DNA of 63,199 bases, filler included, from Octopus bimaculoides (taxonomy: Eukaryota), in the NCBI RefSeq assembly GCF_001194135.2. It is 9 parts of 9 records of this genome, joined end to end, with 100 filler letters (N's around TTAATTAATTAA, not from the genome) between each part and the next. Parts side by side here need not be neighbours in the genome. Positions count along the whole stretch, not along the records: positions 1 to 22,215 come from NC_068986.1; 8 more parts are not named here. One strand, given 5' to 3'. Below, in pieces: positions 1 to 13,299 of the stretch (the first letter of the stretch is position 1; each line of letters starts with the position of its first letter). The notes beneath the pieces were generated by a model. The model was not told the DNA's origin and did not search any database. It saw only the letters and a program-made list of their open reading frames with translations. The position numbers and the translations under genes are program-made.

Positions 1-99
1 TAAAGCAGCAGAAAAATAACAAAATACTGTTACTCTGAGTTTCACGTGGGAACGTGAAACTCAGAGTAACAGTCTTTTGTTATATTTCTGCTGCTTTTA
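1..99. repeat. Fold-back hairpin, ~47-bp arms with GGGA loop; probable PLE pseudo-LTR inversion junction
   Basis: 1-47 is the reverse complement of 52-99 with about 3 differences. The right arm contains ACGTGAAACTCAGAGTAACAGTC, the 3' half of a minimal hammerhead. Confidence 0.8.
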
Positions 100-231
100 A
101 ATAAAGCATATTACTCTACCTCTGGTATTTGAGTACTCTTTTTTCCACCTTTTTGCACATTTCATGTGCTTACTCCGGTATATATATATATATATAAGGA
201 CATAGTTGAAATAGAGTCGTGTGCGCCTCGC

Positions 232-430
232 CTAAAATGATCAACGACATTTCCTCAAGCTCCTTACGTTCTGAGTTCAAATCGCACTGAGGCTAACTCC
301 TAACTTTCTTTGTTTCAGGGGCGATATAATCAAGTACCAGTTGAACACTTTGGTCGCTGTAATTTACTTTTGCCCTCTCCCCAAAATTGCTGGCCTGGTT
401 ACAAAATTAAAAATAATTATTAGTAGGACG
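232..430 (+). mobile_element. Degenerate SINE family A copy
   Basis: TTACGTTCTGAGTTCAAATC B-box segment and AAGTACCAGTT core match the better copies at 59722 and 61579. Confidence 0.6.
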
Positions 431-651
431 CTGCCTGATAATGCACATAGATACACATATATAAATTGATAAATACATTTGTGTATGTGATTGTGTGTGT
501 GTGTGTGTCTATGTGTGTGTCTATGTGTGTGTGTGTGTGTGTGTGTATCTATTCAGAAATAATTCCATGAGAAATACCAACGTACCTAAAGCTACCAAGT
601 CCAACTCCAATAAAGCCGATACGTCACCTTCTCTCTCTCTTTCTCTCTCCT

Positions 652-703
<52 letters not shown>

Positions 704-792
704 TCATTCATACGACACTTCTCACTGTTTTTCTTCTAGGCACTCGTTCTCTTTGCCACTCACACATTCTCGTTTCTTCTCCCTCACTCTCA

Positions 793-854
<62 letters not shown>

Positions 855-1370
855 NNNNNNNNNNNNNNNNNNNNNNNNNNNNNNNNNNNNNNNNNNNNNN
901 NNNNNNNNNNNNNNNNNNNNNNNNNNNNNNNNNNNNNNNNNNNNNNNNNNNNNNNNNNNNNNNNNNNNNNNNNNNNNNNNNNNNNNNNNNNNNNNNNNNN
1001 NNNNNNNNNNNNNNNNNNNNNNNNNNNNNNNNNNNNNNNNNNNNNNNNNNNNNNNNNNNNNNNNNNNNNNNNNNNNNNNNNNNNNNNNNNNNNNNNNNNN
1101 NNNNNNNNNNNNNNNNNNNNNNNNNNNNNNNNNNNNNNNNNNNNNNNNNNNNNNNNNNNNNNNNNNNNNNNNNNNNNNNNNNNNNNNNNNNNNNNNNNNN
1201 NNNNNNNNNNNNNNNNNNNNNNNNNNNNNNNNNNNNNNNNNNNNNNNNNNNNNNNNNNNNNNNNNNNNNNNNNNNNNNNNNNNNNNNNNNNNNNNNNNNN
1301 NNNNNNNNNNNNNNNNNNNNNNNNNNNNNNNNNNNNNNNNNNNNNNNNNNNNNNNNNNNCACACACACAC

Positions 1371-1408
<38 letters not shown>

Positions 1409-2508
1409 CCTACATATCTCCGCCTGAATTTCTCCACACCCACACCTCAACCGTTGATAAATAGATAACATCCATCAAATCTTCGGCAGTAAATAGCGAA
1501 AGCAACTAACTGGTTAGTACGAGAAGGACGAGGGCGGGTTGTGTGTGTCTGTGTATATATATATATATATATATGTGTGGGTGACTGTATGTGTATATGT
1601 GTTTGAGTATATGTGTGTGCACGCATGTAATTGTGTGTGTAAGTCTATGTATATGTGTATGTAGAGATATAAGAGAGCATGGAGGTGTGTACGTGAAAGC
1701 GTATGTATGTGTATGTATGTGTATGTATGTGTGAGCATGTATGCGTGCGTATGTAAATGTATGAATGTGTGTGTATGTGTATATGTGTGCATGCATGTGA
1801 GGCTGTGCATGTGTATGTATGGGCATATGTATATGTGTGCGTATGTGTGTGCATGCATGTGAGTGCGTATGTGAAAGCGTGTGTATGTGTATGTACGCGC
1901 GTATGAATGTGTCTGCGTATGTAAGTCTATATATATGAATATATATGTATATAAATATTTATGTGTGAGTGTGTGTGTGCGCGCGTGTGCTCCTGTGTGT
2001 GTGTGCGCGTTTGTGTGTGTGTGTGTAAGTGCTGTGGGTGTAGGGATAGATAAATAAGGGGTTAGAATGAAATAAAGTAGGGGGAAGAGGCGTAAGGCGA
2101 GGCCAGTAGAGGTGAGGTGAGGTCAGGTAAGGTATTCTCAAGTAATAAGGAGCATGAGGGGTGGGGAATAGGTGGAGAAGACTTAGATAGAGAAAGGGGG
2201 AGAGAGAGAGTGAATGGGTGGAGTCATCTGGACGCCATACGATGTAGAAAGATCGAATCTCTTGGTCAACTTCTTTATTGTTGTTAGAATTGTTGTGATT
2301 GAGGTTGTTCTTGTTGTTGTTATTCTTTATTGGCAATTCAAGAGAAGACGGCGACCGTCTGCTCTGATGAAATGATATGTGCGTTTGTAGAAGGACTGAG
2401 TAATATCCTAACTGTAATTTACCATCGATAAGCAGTGAGAGAACGAGAGAGAGAGAGACAGACAAAGGCACATAGAGCGAGTGAGTTATACACACATACA
2501 CACACACA

Positions 2509-2553
<45 letters not shown>

Positions 2554-3412
2554 NNNNNNNNNNNNNNNNNNNNNNNNNNNNNNNNNNNNNNNNNNNNNNN
2601 NNNNNNNNNNNNNNNNNNNNNNNNNNNNNNNNNNNNNNNNNNNNNNNNNNNNNNNNNNNNNNNNNNNNNNNNNNNNNNNNNNNNNNNNNNNNNNNNNNNN
2701 NNNNNNNNNNNNNNNNNNNNNNNNNNNNNNNNNNNNNNNNNNNNNNNNNNNNNNNNNNNNNNNNNNNNNNNNNNNNNNNNNNNNNNNNNNNNNNNNNNNN
2801 NNNNNNNNNNNNNNNNNNNNNNNNNNNNNNNNNNNNNNNNNNNNNNNNNNNNNNNNNNNNNNNNNNNNNNNNNNNNNNNNNNNNNNNNNNNNNNNNNNNN
2901 NNNNNNNNNNNNNNNNNNNNNNNNNNNNNNNNNNNNNNNNNNNNNNNNNNNNNNNNNNNNNNNCACCAATATATCACAACAGATTACCTATATATTTATT
3001 TACGTTCGAATGACAGAGTTAGGAAAGGCAAGAACTTTTTGTTTTTCTTCTGTCAGGTTTTTTATTGCTTTTCTTTTCTTCTTTTTAGTCCCTCTGCCGG
3101 ACTGATTGTTTGTGCTGTGGGTTCAACTCCCAGTTTAAGGCTATTATTTCATTTAAGTAATTCTTTCACCTATTTTTGACTGTAATCATTATCAACAATC
3201 AAGAATTTTAAGTGCAACTCCAAGACAGATTTGGAAACGTGCGGCGGGTATGTGTGTGTGTGTGTGTGTGTGTTTGCTTGCGTGCTGCATGCGTTTGTAT
3301 GTATGTATATATGTATATGATGGTTCTCTCCTAACGAGCATGCATATTAATGACAATCGATTAGAAAATTCCAAACATCAACCATTAAAACTCGGGGGAA
3401 ATTTAAGTCAAG

Positions 3413-3801
3413 GTGTTGTTGTTGGCACTCCGTCGCTTACGACGTCGAGTGTTCCAGTTAATCCGATCAACGGAACAGCCTGCTCGTGAAATCAACGTGC
3501 AAGTGGCTGAGCACTCCACAGACACGTGTACCTTTAACGTAGTTCTCGGGGAGATTCAGCGTGACACAGTGTGACAAGGCTGACCCTTTGAATTACAGGC
3601 ACAACAGAAACAGGAAGTAAGAGTGAGAGAAAGTTGTGGTGAAAGAGTACAGCAGGGTTCGCCACCATCCCCTGCCGGAGCCTCCTGGAGCTTTAGGTGT
3701 TTTCGCTCAATAAACACTCACAACGCCCGGTCTGGGAATCGAAACCGCGATCCTATGACCGCGTGTCTGCTGCCCTAACCACTGGGCCATTGCGCGTCCA
3801 C
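3413..3801 (-). mobile_element. Full-length tRNA-derived SINE (family D) with 10-bp TSD
   Basis: Minus strand has A box TGGCCCAGTGG, B box GGTTTCGATTCC and a (CAA)n tail. TTAAGTCAAG is duplicated at 3403-3412 and 3802-3811. Confidence 0.85.
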
Positions 3802-3875
3802 TTAAGTCAAGAACACAACACCTTAACAACAACTAAGAGATCTAGATGAAGCAAGATATCTGTCACACCAATATT

Positions 3876-4087
3876 CTTTTCTACTCTAGGCACAAGGCCC
3901 GAAATTTTGGGAGAGGGGCCCAGTCGATTAGATCGACCCAGTACGCAACTGGCATTTAATTTCTCAGCGCGGAAAGGATGAAAGGCAAAGTCGACCTCGG
4001 CGGAATTTGAACTCAGAACGTGACGACAGACGAAATACCACTAAGCATTTCGGCTGACGTGCTAACGATTCTGCCAGCTCGCCGTTG
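3876..4087 (-). mobile_element. SINE family A with 17-bp TSD
   Basis: Reverse complement of the GGCGAGCTGGCAGAA...GTTCAAATTCCGCCGAGGTCGAC consensus. TCTGTCACACCAATATT occurs at 3859-3875 and 4088-4104. Confidence 0.9.
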
Positions 4088-4115
4088 TCTGTCACACCAA
4101 TATTGTGCATTTTGT

Positions 4116-4330
4116 AAGGCGGCGAGCTGGCAGAAACGTTAGTACGCGGAGCAAAATGCATAGCGGTATTTCGTCTGTCTTTACGTTCTGAGTTCAAATA
4201 CCGCCGAGACTACTTTGCCGTTCATCCTTTCGGTGTCGATAAATTAAGCACCAGCTGCAGACTGGAGTCGATGCAATCGATCGGCCCCTCCCGCAAAATT
4301 TCGAGCCTTATGCCTAGAGTAGAGAAAATT
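4116..4330 (+). mobile_element. SINE family A, head-to-head with the 3876-4087 copy
   Basis: GGCGGCGAGCTGGCAGAAACGTTAG head, GTTCAAATACC B box, GTCGATAAATTAAG core. Confidence 0.9.
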
Positions 4331-4343
4331 ATTGTTGATTTTG

Positions 4344-4584
4344 TATCAGAGTAACATTACTTTATTACGCTGAATCAAAACATTTGCATTACATGGTGAC
4401 TTATTTGTTTTATTCTCCGCGTTACAACAAAAGCAGCCTCGCATCCAGAGTAAAGTCCATCGTGTTGCACCGTCAGAAGCCAACTTTCTGCCAGTTCTTT
4501 GAGCTCATGCTTATACAGGTTCTAGTCCTTCCAGGTGAAAAACTCTTTCACTGATGCTTCCATCTCTTCTTGATTGAGGAAGCG
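4344..4584 (-). mobile_element. Mariner transposon 3' remnant
   Basis: Minus-strand translation RFLNQEEMEASVKEFFTWKD*NLYKHELKELAESWLLTVQHDGLY resembles a mariner transposase C-terminus. Confidence 0.7.
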
Positions 4585-4655
4585 TTATACACTGTAAAGG
4601 TATTATAAATTTTAATATCTTTACAGTGTATATTTATAATATTTATGTATACAAT

Positions 4656-4830
4656 AGGCGCAGGAGTGTCTGTGTGGTAAGTAGCTTCCTTACCAACCAC
4701 ATAGTTGCGGGTTCGGCAAAACAGACCGATAGATAAGTACTAGGCTTACAAAGAATAAGTACTGGGGTCGATTTGCTCGACTAAAGGCGGTGCTCTAGCA
4801 TGACCGCAGTCAAATGACTGAAACAAATAA
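4656..4830 (+). mobile_element. SINE family B, internally deleted
   Basis: GGCGCAGGAGTG..TGTGTGGTAAG head joined directly to the GGTTCGGCAAAA...GCAGTCAAATGACTGAAACA tail. Confidence 0.8.
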
Positions 4831-5327
4831 ATGAATATTTTCGGCTAGGTTTGATCTCCAATAAATTCTCCTCTAATTTTACCTGAATATGTAACTATTT
4901 CTTGCGTGATGGGTTTCTGTGACGTCAACACACTTGACAACAACCAATTAAAATCAGATATCCATGAATTTTTGTGTTTTCGCTTGTCTCAACTTTTAGA
5001 TTCTGTCTGTGGTTGAAGGATTTAATCGAACAAGTCAGTCCGTTTAATTGTTTTATTTATTGTACTTGTTCCATCACTCTCTTTAACCTCGGAGAAACGT
5101 AGACTTCAACAAACTTACACCACATGCGAAGCGGCTACACGGACGCGCGCGTGTGTGTGTCTTCTGCACAGTTTCCTTGTTACAAAATTCGCTCTCAAGG
5201 CATTGATCAGCTGCTAACCATTGTAGAAGATACTTACCCATCGAGTCATACATAAAGACAGAAACTGAAACCATATCATTGCTTACGACTAGATACATAT
5301 AAACAGATATTAATATTTTGTAAATAT

Positions 5328-5910
5328 CTAAGGCGGTGAACTGGCAGAATTGTTAGCACGCTGGACGAAATGCTTAGCGGTATTTCGCCCGTCGCTACGT
5401 TCTGAGTTCAAATTCCGCCGAAATCGACTTTGCTTTCATAGTTTCGGAGTTGATAAATTACGTACCAGTGAAACACTGAGGTCGATGTAATGCCGGGCAA
5501 AGTGCTTAACGGTATTTCGCCCGTTTTTACGTTTTAATTCCTCCGAAGTCCATTTTACCTTTCATCCGTTCGGGGTCGATGGAATAAGTATCAGCCGAGC
5601 ACTGGGGACGATGTAACCGACTTACTTTTTACTCCGAAATTGCTGGTATTGTGTTAAAATTTGTTAAACAAATATTTTGTAAATATTTAAGGCGTTGATC
5701 TGACAGAACCGTTAGCACGCCAGGGTAAGATATTTTGCATTATTTCGTCCATCTTTACTTTCTGAGTTCAAATTCCACCAAGATCAACTCTGCTTTTTAT
5801 CTTTTCGGTGTTGATATAAAAAGTACCAGTTGTGCACTAGTCTTTGATATAACTGACTGAACCCAATTCCCAAACTTGATGGTTTTGTGCCTAATTTGAA
5901 ACTATTATTA
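5328..5910 (+). mobile_element. Cluster of three SINE family A copies or fragments
   Basis: Repeated head, B-box and core motifs. AATATTTTGTAAATAT is repeated at 5312-5327 and 5671-5686 (TSD or tandem duplication). Confidence 0.8.
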
Positions 5911-6101
5911 TTATTATTATTATTTTATGTTTGACTTTTGTTTTGCATTTGTACAAGTTGGATCCAAGTCTCACCCAGAGACCTCAAGAGACAACAAGTT
6001 AGAAGTTCATGTAGGTGTTATGCCTAGGGTACCATATATTTGGATTTGTACAGTTTTGTTCTAGTGAATGTTTAAGAAACCGTAAGAAAATTATGTGTTT
6101 G

Positions 6102-6150
<49 letters not shown>

Positions 6151-8900
6151 TTGAAATAGTAACAATTATAATTATTACTAATATTGTTGTTGTTGTTGTT
6201 GTTGCTATTAAGGCGTCGAGCTGGCAGAATCGTTACCGCACTGGACAAAATGGTTAGCGCCTTTTTTTCCCCCGCATTACATTCTGAGTTCAACTTGTAA
6301 AAATCGGAATGGCTATCCTTAATGGTCACACCAGTACTATCGCTACCAACATTATCTCCGGCAGCATTATCTCTATCAAACATTAAGCTAAGGAAAGAGG
6401 CTGTGTGGTCGAAAGACCTGCAAGAAATTAAACCAAATTACCCTTTTTTTAATTAATTAACTTATTTATTCATCTTTTAATGATTTTTTAGGAAAGTACA
6501 CTTTGCCTTTAGAATTTGATATCATTCTGTCTAAAGTTATGATTGACGTTCAAAATTGGGATGCTTTAGATCATAGCTATTCTTAATTAAGATTGGTGTG
6601 AGTCAAACAACAACAACATCAACAATAGCGCAACCATCTCCGCGAAAAGAATAGGAAAAAACGTTAAATAAAATATTGAAGAAAAAATTCCACAGCCGAA
6701 GAATATATGACCAAATTCTATAAAGCAAACACAGCAGTAATAACCAACGTCTCTATTCCGGTCAGAGCAATAACAACCGCTGGTATCCTATATACACCAC
6801 TTAACCCAACATCAACCCTTATGTGATTGACAGTCTTTTTGATAAAAATATATAATTGGTATTTTATACCAAAGCACCTCCTGCGATCATTACGTCACAA
6901 TCATTTTAAACGTCTAGCCCGTTTTATTCATTGGATATTCCCGAATGTACCATCAAGCTTGGACAATAGGCTAAGGGTCTCGGTCCTTTGTCAATGGGAG
7001 GCCATAAAGTTCTTGGACTTATCGTTTAAAGAATCTAGTAACAGTGGCAGCAGTGACAAAAGTAGCGACAATTACAAAAGTAGTGTTGGTGAGAGGAGAG
7101 CGACAACTCATTGGGGCAGCAGTAGCAGGGACTGAAGTATTAACAGCAGCTATAAAACCAATGGAGAGCGGCATTTTGGGCGGCAGTTATATACAAAGAA
7201 TAATGTTATGAATAACAACAACAACAACATTAGTAACAGAATAAACTTTAGTAAAAACGTGCCAATAACGAAATCTCTATATGGTCGAATAATCTGCTAG
7301 AAATAGACACCAAATCATCTTCCACTCAGTCATCTTAAAAGATGGAGACCGAGATAGCTGATACCAGTCAGAAGTTTGAATGATCAAGGCTACAATGTCT
7401 TTGGTTATATGTTCGCTCAACTTGGGATGGTGTGGCGCTTAACAACAAGAACAACAGCATTTGCAATATCAAACTCAACGGCATCCAAAACAGAACTGGT
7501 ATCTACAATAGCAGCAGCAGCAGAAGCAGTAACATCTACACTAATGACAAATAGTAAAAACAGCATCGACAAAACTATGGAGTAAATTATGAACAAAGGA
7601 GAAATATATTTGATTAAAAATATTTATGACCATCGTTTTACGCCTGTTTTTCTATGCTACGATGGGTTAGATCAGTTTTCTGGGGCAATGTTTTACGGCC
7701 AGATGCCCTTCCTGTCTTACTCTTTCCAGTTATCTTGTATGATATAAAATAACTTTTCCCGAAATCATGGTGCACCCTCGATATAATCAAGGCCAGTACA
7801 CATACGTATTTACATATATATATATATANNNNNNNNNNNNNNNNNNNNNNNNNNNNNNNNNNNNNNNNNNNNNNNNNNNNNNNNNNNNNNNNNNNNNNNN
7901 NNNNNNNNNNNNNNNNNNNNNNNNNNNNNNNNNNNNNNNNNNNNNNNNNNNNNNNNNNNNNNNNNNNNNNNNNNNNNNNNNNNNNNNNNNNNNNNNNNNN
8001 NNNNNNNNNNNNNNNNNNNNNNNNNNNNNNNNNNNNNNNNNNNNNNNNNNNNNNNNNNNNNNNNNNNNNNNNNNNNNNNNNNNNNNNNNNNNNNNNNNNN
8101 NNNNNNNNNNNNNNNNNNNNNNNNNNNNNNNNNNNNNNNNNNNNNNNNNNNNNNNNNNNNNNNNNNNNNNNNNNNNNNNNNNNNNNNNNNNNNNNNNNNN
8201 NNNNNNNNNNNNNNNNNNNNNNNNNNNNNNNNNNNNNNNNNNNNNNNNNNNNNNNNNNNNNNNNNNNNNNNNNNNNNNNNNNNNNNNNNNNNNNNNNNNN
8301 NNNNNNNNNNNNNNNNNNNNNNNNNNNNNNNNNNNNNNNNNNNNNNNNNNNNNNNNNNNNNNNNNNNNNNNNNNNNNNNNNNNNNNNNNNNNNNNNNNNN
8401 NNNNNNNNNATATATATATATATATATATACACATGCATAAAGTTTTAATGATAACGGTTTCAAATGGGACGAGAGCCTTCGTTCTTGACTCTTGCTTAT
8501 TTCATTAGACCTGCAATAATAAAAACGTAAAGTAAGTTTAAGAACGACTAGAACTTAGTTAATAAAGCGCTTATAGTTATTTAAGGCAATCACATTATCA
8601 ACCACCTTACAACATTATTGAAAAAAGTTACAAAGACAATAAGAGGAAAGCTGGAGAAACAATTCTGAACAAAAACAAGATAAAGAAATGCAATGAATTA
8701 CCAACACCACAAAAATGATATTTATATGACAAGTTTTCATCAGTAAAATGAACACGACAACAATCATGCGTACATTGACATTCATCCTCTGAACTTTATT
8801 CGACTGCAATACCCAGAGTCTAAGAGACAGCCTCTACGTGGTTGCTTGACCGCGTAGAAATAACAACCAAATCATCTTCGATTGACACTATTTTTTTAAT

Positions 8901-9390
8901 ACTTTTATTTGTTTCAGGCATTTGACTGCGGTGATGCAGTGTCTTTGTCGAACAGTTCTACCCCAGCACTTAGTTTTTTAAGCCTAATTATATCGGTCTG
9001 TTTCGCCGAACCACTATGTTACGGGGACGTAAACAGAGCAGCACAAGTGGTCAAGCGGTGAGGGGCAATATACACAGACACAAAGACATACACAGACACA
9101 CACACACACACACACACACANNNNNNNNNNNNNNNNNNNNNNNNNNNNNNNNNNNNNNNNNNNNNNNNNNNNNNNNNNNNNNNNNNNNNNNNNNNNNNNN
9201 NNNNNNNNNNNNNNNNNNNNNNNNNNNNNNNNNATATATACACGACGTGCTTCTTTCAGTTTCCGTCTACCAAATCTACTCACAAGGCTTTGGTCGATCA
9301 GAAGCTTTAGTAGAAGACACTTGACCAAAGGGGTTGAACCTGGAATGATGTAGGTGGGAAGAAATGCTTCTTACCAGACAGCCACGCCTA
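8901..9390 (-). mobile_element. SINE family B spanning an N gap
   Basis: Reverse complement of the tail (TTTGACTGCGG) and head (CTTACCAGACAGCCACGCC), with an internal (CA)n. Confidence 0.75.
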
Positions 9391-9939
9391 AAAAATGAAA
9401 TAATACATTTTATAAGGTACTGGTAGATACGCTGCGTCCGTGAAAAGGTGGAATATTCACGACTGCAACATCATCTGATCGAGAACTAAACCACCACAAC
9501 AACAACTCTAGCAAACACCCCCGACAACAACCACAACACCAGTATCAATAACATTATCAGCTTGACCCAAACGCTATCAACGCCTTCATCATAAATATCA
9601 AAACTGCCAACCCCATAACTGACATCAATAATTCAACTGGAGCTAAGAGCACTAAAAACAAAATATATACAAGTGCATGGGTCCTCCCCAGCCTTTCAAT
9701 ATATTTTTGCAATATTTTCCCGCCACTACAACTGATAGGAGAACAATGGTTGATGTCACTTGCCTTTGTACGGTGAAATGATGTAAATGCTTAGGTAAGA
9801 GTGGGGTGGCTGAGCGGACTGTGTACAAAGGAGGAAAATGTGTGTGCGTGTGTGTGTCTATGTGTGTGTCTGTGTGTGTGTCGGTGTGTGTGTCTGTGTG
9901 TCTGTGTGTTTGTCTGTGTGTCTGTATGTGTGTTTGTGT

Positions 9940-9977
<38 letters not shown>

Positions 9978-10227
9978 CTGTGTCTGTGTCTGTGTGTATG
10001 TGTGCCTGTGCGGTGGAGTTGGCATGTAGACCATAAATGGTAGGATAAATAGGAGGGGAAAGCGAAGAGAAGAAGAAGAAGAAGAAGAAGAAGAAGAAGA
10101 AGAAGAAGAAGAAAAAGAAGAAGAAGAAGAAGAAGAAGAAGTATTGGGGCTCAATGTAAAAGAAAAGCATGCTCCCCCTAGAATTGTTAGTGTTGTACCA
10201 ACATTTAAAACTATTATTATTATTTTC

Positions 10228-10620
10228 AATAATGGTTTCAAATTTTGGCAGAAGGACAGCAATTTTGGGGTCGGCAAGTAAGTCGATTAGACAGAATCCA
10301 GTGTTCAACTGGTACTTATTTTATCGACCCTCGACAGAATTTGAACTCATACGAGAAGGACGTACGAAATGCCGATAAGAACTTTGCTCGACTTTGCGCA
10401 AACGACTCTCTCAGCTCGCCTGACACAAAAATAGAGTATTTGCTAGAGGGTTTAGTTGATTTTATCGAGCCCAGTACTTGACTGGTACTTTATTTTATCG
10501 ACCTCTAATCGATGAAATGAGAAGTTATACTTGATGCGCTTTGGACTCTGAGTATAAAGAAACTCAAATACGATAATGCAATTCTTTCCAACGCTTTAAC
10601 TAGTTTGTCATCGTTATCTC
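10228..10620 (-). mobile_element. Two degenerate SINE family A copies
   Basis: CTGGTACTTATTTTATCGACC core occurs twice; GAATTTGAACTC B box; CAGCTCGCC head. Confidence 0.7.
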
Positions 10621-10999
10621 AAACCATAAATCATAATGATGTTTCCTGATTAAGCTACAAGACCAGTAATTTTTGATAGGAACATGTTGCTTAATATTAT
10701 CAATACAAGAAAAAAAAGTACCAAATGTGAACAACTGCAAAAAAAAAAAAATTGCTAACGCCTGAATTAGATGGTCGGAGAAAAAGAATGAAACTAGCTA
10801 AGGATAATTCGTTGAAGAAACAGAGTGGATGAGTAGAAGGAGGCAGAGAAATCAATTCTCTTTGCAAGCGTGTCTGTTTATGTTAAAACTAGCGACTTTT
10901 TCCATAGGCTGTGCTCTCTAGAATACGGAGTTGACTGTCAATGGAGCATAACATTCAGATAGAAAGAAATGACACAATCAGTGGGATATGGAAAAAAAA

Positions 11000-12094
11000 A
11001 TCAAGTCTTTAATTCAGAGTCGCTTCAGTCGAATAATTTGGTGCCAGTTCTGGTAACAGAATATGGTCAATTTGGGGTAAGCGAGAATATTCAGAAAAGA
11101 TTTTTATATGAACACTTGTTGACAATCTGATGACACTTCTGGTCCAAGTAAAGCAAGCCCATAATTCATCGATTCTTGCTGTTTTTGTACCCTATGATTT
11201 ATATTTTAATTATCAGCATAAAAAGTCAAAAGTGCTGTGAGATCCCAAGAATGCGGAGAGTAATCTGCTGAACTTCTTCGTCCAATCCACATCCTCATTA
11301 AAGCAAACACTTACATTACTACGAGAGTATGGGAGTTACCCATCTTCCCGGAAATGAAACACTACATCTTCAAAGTCATCTTGAATGCTTGGCGTGAGAC
11401 ATTGTCGCAGCAAGTTCAGATGAAACCTGTCACAGTACCAGGTCCCATTTATTTGAACGGTTCAATTAACCCTTTTAATGATGAGCCGCACCGTATTGTA
11501 GCTCATAGAAAATGCTCCACCATAATATGCAGATTATCAAGTTCCGAATGGATGCAATTATGGAAGTTAATTTAGCCGTTCAATTCAAATGTTGCCCTCG
11601 CAAAGCTCCACTCTTTGGTCCAGATCATTTTCATTGAGTGTATAGACTTTCGAAGAAATATCACTTTTCCAGTGACAGCACTTCAAAATGTGATGGATGC
11701 TTGATTTTTTTCAGTTCTTCTCTCACTATTAGCTTGTCGCACAGATTTTCTTCAACTAAGCAAATACGTTTCTAGTACAGTATTTTTGTTACTTTCCTGG
11801 AGCTTGTCGATGTCCATCGACTTCGGGAACTTCCTTGTGAACAATATGATCAGTTCTTTCTACTTCAAACTTATTTCTAGTTCAAAGTGACGGCAAGTTG
11901 CGTAGGTCAATGTTTTGACATGCCTTCCTAAGCTGTCTTCGTATTTTGGCTGCGTTTTTAAACTTCCAGCAGCACTATAGGATGAGTTTTCTTTGTTCTA
12001 CCTGCATTATGTCTAAAGTATTATATTTCAAATGACAGGTACATCAAGTGAGTCTTCAAGAGTTAAAATGAGTTTACAGTGTTGGAAAACCCTG
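11000..12094 (-). mobile_element. Decayed IS630-Tc1-mariner transposon with DUF4817-type HTH
   Basis: Minus-strand peptides EQRKLIL*CCWKFKNAAKIRRQ, RNKFEVERT, LNENDLDQRVELCE and WIGRRSSADYSPHSWDLT. TIR start TA-CAGGGTTTTCC at 12096-12084. Many stops and frameshifts. Confidence 0.75.
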
Positions 12095-12169
12095 TATGTG
12101 TGTGTGTGTACATATAGATGTATGTGTGTGTATGTGTGCGCGTTAAACAAGTAATAAATCTATAGTATA

Positions 12170-12385
12170 AAGGGGAGCGCTGGCAGAATCGTTAGCACGC
12201 CACGCCGGGCAGAATGCTTTGCAGCATTTCGTCCGTCTTTACGTTCTGTCTTCAAATTCTGCTGAGGTTGACTTTGCCTTTCATTCTTTCGGGGTCGATA
12301 AAATAATTTGACTACTGGGGTCGATGTAATCGACTTAAACCATCCTCCCGAACTTTGTGGCTTTGTGCCAAAATTTGAAATCAAC
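12170..12385 (+). mobile_element. SINE family A
   Basis: GAGCGCTGGCAGAATCGTTAGCAC head and TCGGGGTCGATA...GGGGTCGATGTAATCGAC core. Confidence 0.85.
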
Positions 12386-13152
12386 ATTAATTAGAGTACA
12401 ATATGTTTTGTAGTTTACTACAAGTATGCAATGATTACATTTGGTTAATTTCATCCTATGACATTATAGACAACTTAAAGAGATGAAACAAAAAAAACAC
12501 ATCATCCCGATTTGATCCCAAAGAAGAGAATGAAAATGCTGCCAATCATTTTTCATGGCACTCTAACGTTTCTGACATTTTTCTGCCATTAGTATGCTAA
12601 TAAATGTAGAAAATAAGAATGAATAGAGCAAAAATAAATGGTGGTGATGGCGGGTACGAAAATGGTATGGTGTATGCGGTAGTGCCGGGACTGTTAATGC
12701 TGATAGGGATTATAGTGGTGGAGGCAGTGGCCATAACATTATGTTGACGGTGGGTTTGATGAGATGATGGTGGTGGTGGTGGTGGTGGAGGTAGCGGTGG
12801 TGGTAGTGGTGTCGGTGATGGTCACAGAGTTGTTGGCGTTGTTTTTGATGATTNNNNNNNNNNNNNNNNNNNNNNNNNNNNNNNNNNNNNNNNNNNNNNN
12901 NNNNNNNNNNNNNNNNNNNNNNNNNNNNNNNNNNNNNNNNNNNNNNNNNNNNNNNNNNNNNNNNNNNNNNNNNNNNNNNNNNNNNNNNNNNNNNNNNNNN
13001 NNNNNNNNNNNNNNNNNNNNNNNNNNNNNNNNNNNNNNNNNNNNNNNNNNNNNNNNNNNNNNNNNNNNNNNNNNNNNNNNNNNNNNNNNNNNNNNNNNNN
13101 NNNNNNNNNNAAGAAGAAGAAGAAGAAGAAGAAGAAGAAGAAGAAGAAGAAG

Positions 13153-13183
<31 letters not shown>

Positions 13184-13263
13184 TGAGGATGTTCCACTTA
13201 CAGGATTTCCTTTACAATCTGACTATGCTTTAGCTGCATCTCCTGCAAAACACACACACATGC

Positions 13264-13299
<36 letters not shown>

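Noticed and set aside
3740-3800. tRNA gene calls at SINE heads (here and elsewhere)
   Set aside because: A and B boxes are present, but there is no cloverleaf and the sequence continues into SINE bodies.
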